Below are positions 18,146-28,794 of a stretch of DNA of 64,000 nt, one piece after another; within the stretch, counting starts at the first letter, position 1, and every line of letters starts with the position of its first letter. The translations under genes and the position numbers were made by a program. The notes under the pieces are model-generated. The model was not told the origin of the DNA. It searched no databases and worked only from the letters and a program-made list of their open reading frames with translations. This stretch comes from Chlorobiota bacterium (GTDB lineage: Bacteria; Bacteroidota; Bacteroidia; Bacteroidales; VadinHA17): the NCBI GenBank assembly GCA_013152085.1, contig JAADHC010000022.1:64345-128344 (forward strand), read 5' to 3'.

Positions 18146-20446
18146 ATGAAAGATTCTCATTTGCTTGAGCAAAATGCAGGATTTCCGTGGTCTGCTGCCG
18201 GAATGTCATTTATTCCTGAGGTTTTGGGGAATCTCAATCTGGCCTGGTTCTCACTCAACCCCGAAGGGTTGATTACTGCAGTCAGTGAGAATCTGTCAGC
18301 GTTGGTTGGGCAACCTGCTCAAAAGGCAGTGGGTAAGAAATTTACAAATTTCCTTCATCCGGATGACAGGGAAAGGGTGATGGAACGCTTTGCCGAGCTG
18401 GAACAAAACATTATAGAACCATTCGAATACAGGATCACATTCCGGGATAATGACTTTTTTTACGTGCGTACATCAAGTTTTCCTGAATTTGAGAATGACA
18501 GGCTTGTTGCCATTCACGGTTTTATTCTGGTAACGGATTCACGAAAAAATACTTCTGAAAATGAACGTTTAAAGCAACTTGTCAGGCATCTTCCTGTTAT
18601 GGTCAATGCCATTGACGAACAGGGAAATTTTGTCGTGTGGAATCATGAATGTGAAAGGGTTACCGGCTATAGTGCTGACGAGGTTATTCGTAATCCTGAG
18701 ATAATGTCGAAGCTTTATCCTGATCCCGAATTATACCATAAAATGGTGTTGGAAGGAAATTTTCGTAAGGATTACAGGGACTTCGTTGCTCCGTTGCGTA
18801 CAAAAGACGGAGCCATAAGAACTATTAGCTGGACCAATGTCTCCTCGTCCATACCGATTCCCGGTTGGCAGGAGTGGGCGGTTGGACTTGATGTAACGGA
18901 TAAAACCCGTGACAAACAAAAGCTGATCGAACAGGAAAGACTTTTTCAGTCGGTTTTTGCACTCTCACGGGATGGTATGGTACTTACGGATATAAATGGA
19001 AATATCTTTGAAATAAATCCTTCGGCTCTTGAGATTATAGGACTTCAGGACAAAGAAGTGGCTGAAGGTTTGAATCTTTTTGAAAAACTCGGATATGATC
19101 ATGAACTTTTTTTTCGGCAATTTGTGCAACCGGATAATAGTCCTGTACTGAATAAGATAAGCCGGTTAAAAAGGGATGAAGGAGACGAGTTGGTTATAGA
19201 TATGTCTGTTGCCCCGGCATACGACCACACAGGAGATCCCTGGTATCTTACCGTTACCTTACGAAACATTACTGAAAAAATAAAACAGGAACAGGAACTT
19301 AAAACCGCTCTGGAAAAAGCCGAACAGTCTGACAGACTGAAAACAGCTTTCCTGACCAATATGTCGCATGAGATCAGAACCCCGATGAACGCGATCGTGG
19401 GTTTTGCCAATATTCTGGCACAACAAACACTGCCCGAAACCGAACAGAAAGAATATGCTTCATATATTGAACAAAGCAGCGATACATTACTTCATTTAAT
19501 CAACGATATCCTCGATATCTCCAAAATCGAAGCCGGCGAAATCAACCTGCATAAAGAACAGTTTTTGCTGAATGATTTTATGAAATCGCTCATACCGGTA
19601 TTTGAAGAACATAAGAAAAAATATCAGAAAGGGAACCTGGATATTCAGCTTATTGCTCCTGAAAATAATGAACCTATTGTCCTTTATACCGATAAGACAA
19701 GGCTACAACAGATAATAACCAACCTGGTTACCAACGCAATCAAATTTACTGCCGAGGGATTTGTTAAGATTCGTTTTTATAAAAAAGAAAAAAAGGTTGT
19801 TTTTTCTATTGAGGATTCCGGCCCGGGGATTCCCCCGGAAGAACAAAAAGTTGTTTTTACCAGGTTCCGCCAGGTAGATAACTCTTTAACAAGAAAATCC
19901 GGAGGAGCAGGCCTGGGCCTGGCTATCTGCCGGAATCTTGTAAACCTTCTGGGAGGAAAAATTTCACTTGAATCTGCCCCTGACCGGGGGTCCTGTTTCA
20001 TATTTAACCTTCCTGTACAAGAGGTTGAAAATATTCCTGATCGAATTGTCCCCCTTTCAGCATCAGAACATCCTGACTGGTCGGATAAATCAATTATCGT
20101 AGCCGAGGATGAAATATTTAATTATGTATATGTTGAGCAGGTTTTAAAACCTACCGGGATCAAAATAATCCGTGCCGGGAATGGAGCAGAAGCTGTTGAC
20201 TTTTGCCGGAAGGGGAAGCTCCCTGATCTGATCATACTGGATTTGAGAATGCCTGTGATGGATGGTTTTTCCGCACTTACTGCTATCCGGGAACTTTATC
20301 CGGAAGTACCGGCCATTGCCATGACCGCTTTTTCCATGTCTAATGAAAAACAAAAATGCCTGGAAAACGGGTTTAATAGTTATTTGGCAAAACCTGTCCG
20401 GCCCGTCCAGTTACTGAATGAGATTAACCGTATCATGAAATCATAA
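18146..20446 (+). CDS. Hybrid sensor histidine kinase / response regulator (multi-PAS-HisKA-HATPase-REC)
   Basis: 766 aa. H-box FLTNMSHEIRTPMNAIVGF, DSGPGIP, GAGLGLAICR, REC (IVAEDEIFNY...LIILDLRMPVMDG). Starts 7 nt after the previous kinase. Confidence 0.9.
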   Translation: MKDSHLLEQNAGFPWSAAGMSFIPEVLGNLNLAWFSLNPEGLITAVSENLSALVGQPAQKAVGKKFTNFLHPDDRERVMERFAELEQNIIEPFEYRITFRDNDFFYVRTSSFPEFENDRLVAIHGFILVTDSRKNTSENERLKQLVRHLPVMVNAIDEQGNFVVWNHECERVTGYSADEVIRNPEIMSKLYPDPELYHKMVLEGNFRKDYRDFVAPLRTKDGAIRTISWTNVSSSIPIPGWQEWAVGLDVTDKTRDKQKLIEQERLFQSVFALSRDGMVLTDINGNIFEINPSALEIIGLQDKEVAEGLNLFEKLGYDHELFFRQFVQPDNSPVLNKISRLKRDEGDELVIDMSVAPAYDHTGDPWYLTVTLRNITEKIKQEQELKTALEKAEQSDRLKTAFLTNMSHEIRTPMNAIVGFANILAQQTLPETEQKEYASYIEQSSDTLLHLINDILDISKIEAGEINLHKEQFLLNDFMKSLIPVFEEHKKKYQKGNLDIQLIAPENNEPIVLYTDKTRLQQIITNLVTNAIKFTAEGFVKIRFYKKEKKVVFSIEDSGPGIPPEEQKVVFTRFRQVDNSLTRKSGGAGLGLAICRNLVNLLGGKISLESAPDRGSCFIFNLPVQEVENIPDRIVPLSASEHPDWSDKSIIVAEDEIFNYVYVEQVLKPTGIKIIRAGNGAEAVDFCRKGKLPDLIILDLRMPVMDGFSALTAIRELYPEVPAIAMTAFSMSNEKQKCLENGFNSYLAKPVRPVQLLNEINRIMKS

Positions 20447-20457
20447 AAGAGTACATC

Positions 20458-21432
20458 ATGAAAAGCTTTTTTTACGTATTAATTTTTAGTGTGTCTTTAG
20501 TATTTACAGGTTGCACCCATAAAGATAAACCGGTTTCATGGGCTATTGTTATACATGGTGGGGCAGGTACCATTCTCAGGGGAAATATGACTCCTGAAAA
20601 AGAACAACAGTACCGGCAAAAGCTGAATGAAGCCCTCGATACCGGTGCTGCCATTCTTGAAAAGGGAGGGAATGGCCTCGACGCTGTGGAAGCCACAATT
20701 CACGTTATGGAAAATTCACCTTTATTCAATGCCGGTAAGGGTGCCGTCTTTACACACGATGGTCATAATGAAATGGATGCTGCAGTGATGTCTGGAAGTG
20801 ACCTGAATGCCGGTGCTGTGGCAGGAGTCGGGGATATAAAAAATCCAATATCTGCTGCCCGGGCTGTTATGGAAAAATCCGAACATGTCCTGCTTTCCGG
20901 TAAGGGTGCGTCCGAGTTTGCCCGGCTACAGGGACTGGAAATGGTTGACAGCAGTTATTTTTTTACCGAGCGCCGCTGGAAATCCTTACAACGGGCCATC
21001 AATGCCGAAAAACATGGTACCGTAGGTTGTGTTGTCCTGGATAGCCATGGTAATCTTTATGCCGGTACATCTACCGGTGGTATGACCAACAAGAAATTTG
21101 GCAGAATCGGGGATTCTCCGATTATAGGAGCAGGAACGTATGCAAATAATCATACCTGCGCACTGTCTGCCACCGGACATGGCGAGTTTTTTATTCGTTA
21201 TACCGTAACCCATGATATCAGCGCACTGATGGAATACCGTCATCTCTCCTTACAGAAAGCGGCCGGGGAGGTAGTGATGAAAAAACTGGTAAATGCAGGT
21301 GGAGCCGGTGGAATTATCGGGGTTGACAAAAACGGAAATGTCGCTATGGTGTTTAATACCCCCGGTATGTATCGTGGCTACAGGAAAGCCGGAGGCGAAA
21401 ACCACATTGCTATTTACAAAGACGAGAAATAA
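20458..21432 (+). CDS. Isoaspartyl peptidase / L-asparaginase (Ntn hydrolase), lipoprotein
   Basis: 324 aa. Lipobox LVFTGC. Autocleavage and nucleophile site HGTVGCVVLD. GDSPIIGAGTYA. Confidence 0.85.
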   Translation: MKSFFYVLIFSVSLVFTGCTHKDKPVSWAIVIHGGAGTILRGNMTPEKEQQYRQKLNEALDTGAAILEKGGNGLDAVEATIHVMENSPLFNAGKGAVFTHDGHNEMDAAVMSGSDLNAGAVAGVGDIKNPISAARAVMEKSEHVLLSGKGASEFARLQGLEMVDSSYFFTERRWKSLQRAINAEKHGTVGCVVLDSHGNLYAGTSTGGMTNKKFGRIGDSPIIGAGTYANNHTCALSATGHGEFFIRYTVTHDISALMEYRHLSLQKAAGEVVMKKLVNAGGAGGIIGVDKNGNVAMVFNTPGMYRGYRKAGGENHIAIYKDEK

Positions 21433-21450
21433 CGATTTCCGGAATAAATT

Positions 21451-22290
21451 TTACAGATAATCAGGAAAATTTTGTTGAAAGCCTGCTGAGACAGCAATAA
21501 ACCATGGATTTAGGAGATCCTTCTTGTTAAATTCAAGCCTTGAGCCGTCGGCAACGGTAACCGTCCCCCCTGCCTCTTTTACAATGGCCACACCGGCAGC
21601 AATATCCCATTCCATTGTCGGTCCGAAACGCGGATAAATACCTGTTGCCCCTTCTGCAATACGACACAGTTTCAGTGAACTTCCGGCTGTAACCTGTTCC
21701 AGAGGACCGGTTTTTTGTTCCAGGTTTGTGATATAGGTACGTGTTTCGTCTGATAAATGCGAACGGCTTACCATGACAGACATGATATTTTGTTGTCGGG
21801 CCGGCAGGGCGGTGCTGTGGCTTATGAGTTGGTTCCGGTTCTTTCCCTCAGCATTGAAAAGGGAGAATCCTTCCATTTTCCATGCGCCCGATCCTCTGGA
21901 TGCATAATAAAGTTGATCGTAAACCGGAATGTATATAACCCCCAGCACAGGTTCTCCTTTGCGGATGAGTGCAATATTTACCGTAAATTCATCATTCCGT
22001 GAAATAAATTCTTTGGTTCCGTCAAGAGGATCTACCAGCCAGAAAGTATCCCAGGAGATCCGTTTTTGGTATTCCTGATGTTTGGATTCCTCGGATAAAA
22101 CAGGAAATGGCGTCTTGTTTAAAACGGCAGTAATCTTTTCGTCTGCACGCCGGTCTGCCAGTGTAAGGGGAGAGTGGTCCGACTTTATTGAAATATGAAA
22201 ATCGTTGCCTGAATAGACTTCAAGAATCGCTTTCCCCGCAGTTGCTACAGCTTTTATGGCAGGATTTATCCAGTTTTCAAGATTTTCCAT
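21451..22290 (-). CDS. cysQ: 3'(2'),5'-bisphosphate nucleotidase CysQ (inositol monophosphatase family)
   Basis: WLVDPLDGTKEF and WDIAAG motifs. Directly downstream of an SLC13 permease, as in sulfate assimilation loci. Start uncertain: ATG 22290 (MENLENW) preferred over ATG 22329. Confidence 0.75.
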   Translation of the reverse strand: MENLENWINPAIKAVATAGKAILEVYSGNDFHISIKSDHSPLTLADRRADEKITAVLNKTPFPVLSEESKHQEYQKRISWDTFWLVDPLDGTKEFISRNDEFTVNIALIRKGEPVLGVIYIPVYDQLYYASRGSGAWKMEGFSLFNAEGKNRNQLISHSTALPARQQNIMSVMVSRSHLSDETRTYITNLEQKTGPLEQVTAGSSLKLCRIAEGATGIYPRFGPTMEWDIAAGVAIVKEAGGTVTVADGSRLEFNKKDLLNPWFIAVSAGFQQNFPDYL

Positions 22291-22336
22291 AAAATAATTA
22301 ACTGAAAATGAGATATATTCATGGTACATTATATTG

Positions 22337-24115
22337 TTAGAAGTATTTCCAGCTTAGGATGGTCAGGGCAACAACCATATAAATGAGAGTTAACGGAAGG
22401 CCGATGCGCATAAAATCTTTAAAACGATATCCGCCCGGCCCGTATACCATCAGGTTGGTTTGATAACCGATAGGTGTGATGAAATTTGCAGCTGCAGCAA
22501 AAGCCACCGTAAGGATAAACGGCATTGCCGGGAGTCCCAGCTCCAGCGATGCGGAGAGTGAAATAGGGAACATAATGGCAACGGCAGCTTTATTGGTTAT
22601 ATATGCAGCCAGAAATACCGTAACCACATAGATTCCGATGAGTACGGCCAGCTTTCCCATCGGAAATAAAAAAGCGATGAAATAGTGCGCAAGGATCCCG
22701 GCTGCCCCTGTCTTGATCATCGCCGTGCCAAGGGCCAGTGACATCACAATAATTAACCCCAGGTTATAATCGATACTTTTGGGCAGATCTTTGGGATTTG
22801 TCATTTTAAGGATGAAAGCGGCCATCAGAACAACAACAAGACTCATAAATAATGAAACCAGGTTAAATGCTGCGAGAATAATGGATATGAGAAGTCCCCC
22901 CAGCAGTATGACAATTTTGTATATTTCGATTTTTTCCAGTTCATCTACTTTGGAGAGAAAATAGAAATCACGTGCATCTTTGGCACGTTTGAGAAAATCG
23001 GTACCTGCATAAAGCAGAAGAACATCCCCGGCACGTATAACCGAATCCCGGATACGCGGTGGCAGAACCTCTTCATTACGGTAAATGCCGATGACCGCAG
23101 CATCGTATTGGGCCCGGAAATTGATATTCTTCAGTTGTTTCCCGATCATTTCCGAATTGGGAGATATGACGATTTCAATCAGGTTAGCCTGACGTTTCTT
23201 TTGAAGCATTCCGGCAGAAGGAATGGTCAATCCGAAATCAGGTTTTGTCAACAGTACGATTTGCGTATTGTCTCCGGCAAATTTCAGAACATCCCCTTTT
23301 TCAATAATAAGATTATTGGAAACGACAAATATCTTTTTTTGCATTCTGTGTATCTCAACAAGATATATCCCGGGCAGGTTTCGAAGGCCCGATTCTTCAA
23401 TAGTCTGGCCGATAAGCGGAGAATTTTTCTTTACCTGGGCTTCTATAAAATAGGTCCTGCTCCTGATTTCATTCTCTTCATCCGGAGCTTTATAAGCAGG
23501 TAAAAACCTGTTACTGAAAAGGAGCAGGTATAAAACCCCCAGAATAATCATCGGGATACCAACCAGTGAAAAATCAAAGATGTGCAGGCCGGTAAGCCCT
23601 GGAATGATCTGTTGGTCAATGACCATTCCGTTAACGATCATATTTGTGGAAGTGCCGATAAGGGTTGCACATCCACCAAGAATAGCAGCATAGGAAAGGG
23701 GAATGAGCAGCTTGGAAGGTGAAATACCATAACGCCGGCTCCAGCTATTTACATAGGGCATCATCACAGCTACGAGTGGCGTGTTGTTTAAAAAGGCGGA
23801 AAAAGCGGCAACCATCAACAGCATACGCCGCATAAAACCATCGTAAGTCCGGGCTCTGCGGAAGTAACGGTCAAAAACAATCTCAGCAATGGCTGTCTTC
23901 CGGATGATCTCGCCGATGAGTAAAAGGATCAGAATGACCATTACCTGTTCATTGGCAAACCCACTCAGAATCTCCCGGGGTGTGAGAACACCGAAAAATC
24001 CCAGGATTACCACACCTACTACAAAGGTAAATGCCGGGCCGAGAATACCGACATAAAGAGAGATTATGATGAAAACCACCACAACCAATACCAGAATTAC
24101 CTGAAAGTCAAACAT
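22337..24115 (-). CDS. SLC13/DASS family permease with central TrkA-C domains (probable sulfate or dicarboxylate symporter)
   Basis: 592 aa. Polytopic N- and C-terminal halves around a ~200-aa soluble insert. Pattern typical of Bacteroidota SLC13 permeases. Confidence 0.8.
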   Translation of the reverse strand: MFDFQVILVLVVVVFIIISLYVGILGPAFTFVVGVVILGFFGVLTPREILSGFANEQVMVILILLLIGEIIRKTAIAEIVFDRYFRRARTYDGFMRRMLLMVAAFSAFLNNTPLVAVMMPYVNSWSRRYGISPSKLLIPLSYAAILGGCATLIGTSTNMIVNGMVIDQQIIPGLTGLHIFDFSLVGIPMIILGVLYLLLFSNRFLPAYKAPDEENEIRSRTYFIEAQVKKNSPLIGQTIEESGLRNLPGIYLVEIHRMQKKIFVVSNNLIIEKGDVLKFAGDNTQIVLLTKPDFGLTIPSAGMLQKKRQANLIEIVISPNSEMIGKQLKNINFRAQYDAAVIGIYRNEEVLPPRIRDSVIRAGDVLLLYAGTDFLKRAKDARDFYFLSKVDELEKIEIYKIVILLGGLLISIILAAFNLVSLFMSLVVVLMAAFILKMTNPKDLPKSIDYNLGLIIVMSLALGTAMIKTGAAGILAHYFIAFLFPMGKLAVLIGIYVVTVFLAAYITNKAAVAIMFPISLSASLELGLPAMPFILTVAFAAAANFITPIGYQTNLMVYGPGGYRFKDFMRIGLPLTLIYMVVALTILSWKYF

Positions 24116-24167
24116 AAAGATTTAACGGGTCATTAGATAAAATACATCTGAATATGTTAATTACAAT

Positions 24168-24175
24168 CAAAGTTA
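24168..24175 (-). promoter_or_regulatory. -7 promoter box TAACTTTG (minus strand) for the SLC13-cysQ operon
   Basis: Plus-strand CAAAGTTA is the reverse complement of TAACTTTG, 53 nt upstream of ATG 24115. Confidence 0.35.
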
Positions 24176-24209
24176 ACAAAACCGTTCGATTTATATCAGT
24201 GGGCGGGAT

Positions 24210-24752
24210 TTATAACCTTTCTTTAAACGGAAGGTAGGTCATGAAATCGGCATGATGAACCACATACGCTTCTACCGATCTTTTTATCAGATCCCCTTCT
24301 GCTGCATGTGCGGCAATGATGTGACAAACTTCCGGGGGAAGGCCATGGGCTTCGGCAAGCGAAACGCCCGAAAAGGGATGACGTATAAACCTGCCGTAAT
24401 TTCCCTGGATAGCATTCCCATTTTCATCAAGTTCATATTCAAATAATTTCCCGACATCAGCCAGAATCGCCCCGGAAATTAAGATATCCATATCCACCGG
24501 AAGCGTATCGCCGAAAAAACTTTTCATCTTCAGGCCGCTTTCCCGGGCAATATGTACAACACATCTTTTGTGGGCCATGAAACTAACGTTAAGGGCAGCG
24601 CCTGCTTTTAATGTGAAAGGGATGCGCTGCAGATCATCGGCATCAAGCACACTTTTTTCCAGGGCAGATTTCCAGACTTCAGCTGTTTTGTGTCGCAGTT
24701 CTTCATCTTCAATCCAGTTTAGTTCGGGCCATAATTTATAAACGGTTTCCAT
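24210..24752 (-). CDS. HD domain-containing protein
   Basis: 180 aa. His/Asp metal-ligand pattern (..HKRCVVH.., ..AILADVGK.., ..VVHHADF..). 10 nt downstream of the dehydrogenase gene. Confidence 0.55.
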   Translation of the reverse strand: METVYKLWPELNWIEDEELRHKTAEVWKSALEKSVLDADDLQRIPFTLKAGAALNVSFMAHKRCVVHIARESGLKMKSFFGDTLPVDMDILISGAILADVGKLFEYELDENGNAIQGNYGRFIRHPFSGVSLAEAHGLPPEVCHIIAAHAAEGDLIKRSVEAYVVHHADFMTYLPFKERL

Positions 24753-24762
24753 AGGCCGGGTT

Positions 24763-25965
24763 TTAGATTAAACTTATTTTTTTTATGATGGCATCTGTCA
24801 TCTGACGGGTGGATACCGCACCGCGGGACAATACATCCGGCTTTCCCGGAAGTTTTAACATATCGTAGGTTTTAACTTTACCTTCGGCAACAACCGCAGC
24901 GATTGCATTCCTGATTTTTTCAGCCATGGTATGTTCTTCCAAATGCTCCAGCATCATACATGCCGAGAGTATCATGGCTATGGGATTTACGATAGATTCG
25001 GGATAACCGGCATATTTGGGAGCTGATCCGTGTGTCGGTTCGAAAATAGCTGTACCGGATTCGTTAAACTGGGCACTGCAGGCAAATCCTAGTCCCCCGG
25101 TGAGGCCGGCAAATCCGTCGGAAACGATGTCTCCGAACATGTTCCCGGCAACAATAACCCCGTAGTCTTCCGGATTCTTGGTAAGCCACATCATCTGCGC
25201 ATCGATATTCGTATTCCGGAGTTCTATGTCCGGATATGATGCCTCTTTAATCTCCCTGGCCAGCCGGTACATCATCCCGGAGGTTTCACGGATCACATTT
25301 GGTTTTTCACATAGGGTAACCGAAGGATATTTGAATTTACGGGCGTAGGCAAATGCAGCTTTAAGTATATGTTCGGTGGCTTTGCGGGTAAAAATACGGG
25401 TGGATACAGATAATTCTTCCCGCGGAACATGACTAAAATTTTTTCTGAATTTAGGATGTGTCATAAATGCCTGGTATACCTCTTCCGGTGGGTTGGTCCA
25501 TTCAACACCCGAATAGAGTCCTTCGGTATTTTGTCTGAAAATGACAACATCGACCCGGGGTTCCTCGATTTTTCCGTCCTTCCCGCGCCGGATAAAATTC
25601 AACGGATTCCCGGTAAAGCTTTTACAGGGACGTATGCTGACATCCAGACCAAAATACTGCCGCAAGCCTACAATAGGGCTTGAATAAACAAATCCCTTGT
25701 CGTGCAATGAAGGATCCAGTTCCACGGCGGCTTCTTCTTTAGGTTTTGAGGTAATGGCTCCGAAAAGTCCGGTATGGTATTTTTCGATCAGGTCAATCGT
25801 TCGCCGGGGCAGGGGATCCCCTTCATGCTTCCAGAATTCCCAACCGATATCTCCTTCAATATATTCGGCCTGAAATCCGGCGGCATCCAATACACGAAGA
25901 CTTTCAAACAATACGGTTTTACCAATACCGTCACCCGGTAAGATAACAATGGTACGCCTGGTCAT
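24763..25965 (-). CDS. Isocitrate/isopropylmalate dehydrogenase family protein
   Basis: 400 aa. N-terminal ILPGDGIGK, SPIVGLRQYFGLDVSIRPC, GNMFGDIVSD, FEPTHGSAPKYAG. Substrate not assignable by eye. Confidence 0.8.
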   Translation of the reverse strand: MTRRTIVILPGDGIGKTVLFESLRVLDAAGFQAEYIEGDIGWEFWKHEGDPLPRRTIDLIEKYHTGLFGAITSKPKEEAAVELDPSLHDKGFVYSSPIVGLRQYFGLDVSIRPCKSFTGNPLNFIRRGKDGKIEEPRVDVVIFRQNTEGLYSGVEWTNPPEEVYQAFMTHPKFRKNFSHVPREELSVSTRIFTRKATEHILKAAFAYARKFKYPSVTLCEKPNVIRETSGMMYRLAREIKEASYPDIELRNTNIDAQMMWLTKNPEDYGVIVAGNMFGDIVSDGFAGLTGGLGFACSAQFNESGTAIFEPTHGSAPKYAGYPESIVNPIAMILSACMMLEHLEEHTMAEKIRNAIAAVVAEGKVKTYDMLKLPGKPDVLSRGAVSTRQMTDAIIKKISLI

Positions 25966-26164
25966 GGTTTTAAAGTTTAGCTGTTTTTATGGCGTAAATA
26001 TATGCCTTTTCTGCTTGACTTCAACCTGCTGTCATGACCAAAATCTTCCTGTTTTGCAACAGCAGGGTCTGTAGTCCTGATATCCCGAATAAAACGATAT
26101 GATATGAAACATATTCGTTCAGGAATCGTTTTTCTATATTTACCGGCTCATTGAAAAGAACTGT

Positions 26165-27616
26165 ATGACTACTCCAAAAAATATTAACATCTGGGATTTT
26201 TTCGATGCAATATCGAAAATCCCCAGAATCTCCAAACATGAAGAAAAAATTGTTGCCTGGCTGGTAGAATTTGGCAAAGAGCATCACCTGGAAACGCATA
26301 TTGATACAGTTGGAAATGTGCTGATCAGAAAAAATGCGACAACGGGTTTTGAAAAAAGGCAACCTGTTATCCTTCAAAGTCACCTAGATATGGTAGCAGC
26401 CAAAGCCCCATCTTCAAACCATGATTTTTTACAAGATCCTGTTTCCTGGTATAAAGACGGAAATTGGATACGTTCACGGGGAACAACCCTTGGTGCTGAC
26501 GATGGTATTGGCGTTGCAGCTGCGCTGACCGTTTTAACTGATGATACCCTGGAGCATGGTCCGCTGGAATGTCTCTTTACGGTGGATGAAGAATCCGGAA
26601 TGACCGGAGCTAAAAACCTGCGGAATGACTGGCTTAAAGGTAAAATCTTAATCAACCTGGATTCTGAAGATGAGGGAGAACTTTTTATCGGATGTGCCGG
26701 AGGTTTGGATACTACGGCATTTTTCAAACCGGAAACTACAATGCTTCCGGAAGAATATGCCGGGTTTACCCTGACACTTAACGGCCTGACAGGCGGGCAT
26801 TCGGGAGACGAAATTCATAAAGGTCATGCAAATGCCATTAAACTGATGACCCGTTTTCTTTGGCATGCAGATAAAATGTTTGGAATTTATCTTTCCGGCT
26901 TTGAAGGCGGAACACTGCGAAATGCCATCCCTCCCGAAGCGGAAGCATCATTTTTCTTACACAAGAAAGATACGGAAACTTTTAAAGAATGGGTTGATGT
27001 TTTCACCAGGACGCTCCGGGCCGAATACCATGCCACCGATCCCGGAATGAAGTTTAACCTGTCCGAAACACTTCTTCCTGAAAAAATCCTTTCTGATGAT
27101 CTGAAGCGCAGACTGATACTTTCACTTTATGCTTGCCCGCATGGTGTTTATTCCTGGAGCCGGACGATTCCAGGGCTTGTGGAAACTTCTGCCAACCTGG
27201 CACTTCTCAGAATGGCTGAAGGTGAAGATATTATGGTGGGGACCAATCAACGAAGTGCGGTAGAATCAGCGAAAACAGACGTTTCGGATATGGTAGCCAG
27301 TGTTTTTCTTCTTGCCGGTGCTGAAGTCCGGCAGGACGGGAACTATCCCGGGTGGGAACCCAATCCTGATTCTGAAATTCTGAAAATTACTTCAGAAGCA
27401 TACCGGAATCTGTTCGGTCAGGAGCCCGCTATGAAAGCCATACATGCCGGACTGGAGTGTGGATTGTTCCTTGAAAAATACCCTGCGCTGGATATGATCT
27501 CTTTCGGACCCACCATCCGGGGTGCCCATACACCCGAAGAACGCCTGGATATCGAAAGTACCGGAAAATTCTGGAAACTTCTCACAACGGTTCTCCGGAA
27601 CATCCCGGAATGTTAA
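26165..27616 (+). CDS. pepD: Aminoacyl-histidine dipeptidase (Xaa-His dipeptidase, M20C)
   Basis: 483 aa. N-terminal IWDFFDAISKIPRISKHEEKI, LQSHLDMV, GADDGIGVA, TVDEESGMTGA. Confidence 0.85.
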   Translation: MTTPKNINIWDFFDAISKIPRISKHEEKIVAWLVEFGKEHHLETHIDTVGNVLIRKNATTGFEKRQPVILQSHLDMVAAKAPSSNHDFLQDPVSWYKDGNWIRSRGTTLGADDGIGVAAALTVLTDDTLEHGPLECLFTVDEESGMTGAKNLRNDWLKGKILINLDSEDEGELFIGCAGGLDTTAFFKPETTMLPEEYAGFTLTLNGLTGGHSGDEIHKGHANAIKLMTRFLWHADKMFGIYLSGFEGGTLRNAIPPEAEASFFLHKKDTETFKEWVDVFTRTLRAEYHATDPGMKFNLSETLLPEKILSDDLKRRLILSLYACPHGVYSWSRTIPGLVETSANLALLRMAEGEDIMVGTNQRSAVESAKTDVSDMVASVFLLAGAEVRQDGNYPGWEPNPDSEILKITSEAYRNLFGQEPAMKAIHAGLECGLFLEKYPALDMISFGPTIRGAHTPEERLDIESTGKFWKLLTTVLRNIPEC

Positions 27617-27647
27617 AATGAGCTTTCCCGCCGGCTATCGGTATAAA

Positions 27648-27812
27648 TTAATTCTCCGGAGGTTCAAAATCTTCTTTGGAGATCCCGCAAATCGGACAAG
27701 TCCAGTCTTCGGGAATATCCTCAAATGCCGTTCCGGGTGCAATATCCCCGTCCGGATCACCCAGATCGGGATCATAAATATATCCGCAAACCATACACCT
27801 GTATTTTTTCAT
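27648..27812 (-). CDS. Rubredoxin
   Basis: Hand-translated 54-aa ORF missing from the track (below its 60-aa cutoff): [54 protein letters not shown]. Carries both CxxCG and CPxCG iron knuckles. ATG at 27810-27812, TAA at 27648-27650. Confidence 0.9.
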   Translation of the reverse strand: MKKYRCMVCGYIYDPDLGDPDGDIAPGTAFEDIPEDWTCPICGISKEDFEPPEN

Positions 27813-28012
27813 TATCCCTTGTTTGTTTCGTTTTTAGAAATATCTTAACCGTATAAGTTTTGTAATCTGTTCATTGTTAAGGCTCTTATTGCTTTTTAAT
27901 CATCGTGCAGCGATACACGGCATCTTTTTAAGATTAAAACTATATATTTTTTAACTTCGTACCCAATTCGAATTAAAGATAAACCAAAGATCGATAAAGA
28001 ATTTCTGTTAAT

Positions 28013-28687
28013 ATGATTTTTTCACTTTTGTTATCGGATCCCCTTCAGCTTTTTGGGATTAATGTTATCAATACCTTTGATTTCTGGGAACTGGTGGTAC
28101 GTTTCCTGTTTAATCTGGTTGTAATTCTGGTTCTGGTAAGGCTGGTGTATTATCCCGTAGCCCGTCGGAAAGACTATTATTTTAATTTTTTACTTACCGG
28201 GGTGATTATTTTTCTCATCACCTTTTCTCTGATAAATGTTAAGGATATCTCTGTGGGTGTTGCGCTGGGCCTGTTTGCCATTTTTGGGATCCTCCGTTTC
28301 AGGACATCACAAATACCGATCAAGGAAATGACCTATCTTTTTATGGTTATCGGACTGTCGGTTATCAATGCACTGGTAACACAAAAGATCAGCTATGCTG
28401 AAACCCTGTTTATCAATCTGGTTGTTATTTTGACGGCATGGATCGGAGAAAAGCTCCTCTCGGTAAATAAAATCAGTCGCAAAACCATTCTCTATGACCG
28501 GATGGACCTGCTGAGTCCTGAAAACCGTGACCAACTGATTGCTGATCTTAAAAACAGAACTGGATTAAATATTATACGAATTGAAATCGGGAAAATAGAT
28601 CTTGCCCAGAATATGGCGCGAATCCGGATCTTTTTTCAACAGAAAAATCAGGAGAATGGTGGTTTATTCATTAATGGACAATCCTGA
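28013..28687 (+). CDS. DUF4956 domain-containing membrane protein
   Basis: 224 aa. Four or five TM helices with the GLFAIFGILRFRT motif I associate with DUF4956. No VTC-domain partner gene nearby. Confidence 0.55.
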   Translation: MIFSLLLSDPLQLFGINVINTFDFWELVVRFLFNLVVILVLVRLVYYPVARRKDYYFNFLLTGVIIFLITFSLINVKDISVGVALGLFAIFGILRFRTSQIPIKEMTYLFMVIGLSVINALVTQKISYAETLFINLVVILTAWIGEKLLSVNKISRKTILYDRMDLLSPENRDQLIADLKNRTGLNIIRIEIGKIDLAQNMARIRIFFQQKNQENGGLFINGQS

Positions 28688-28794
28688 ATTCCGGAACATA
28701 TTTATTTAATACATAGCATAACAGCTATGTTCTGATTTAAGGAGTTCTAATATATTCCAGACTTAACAAAAATCTAAAAACCTGACAATGAATA

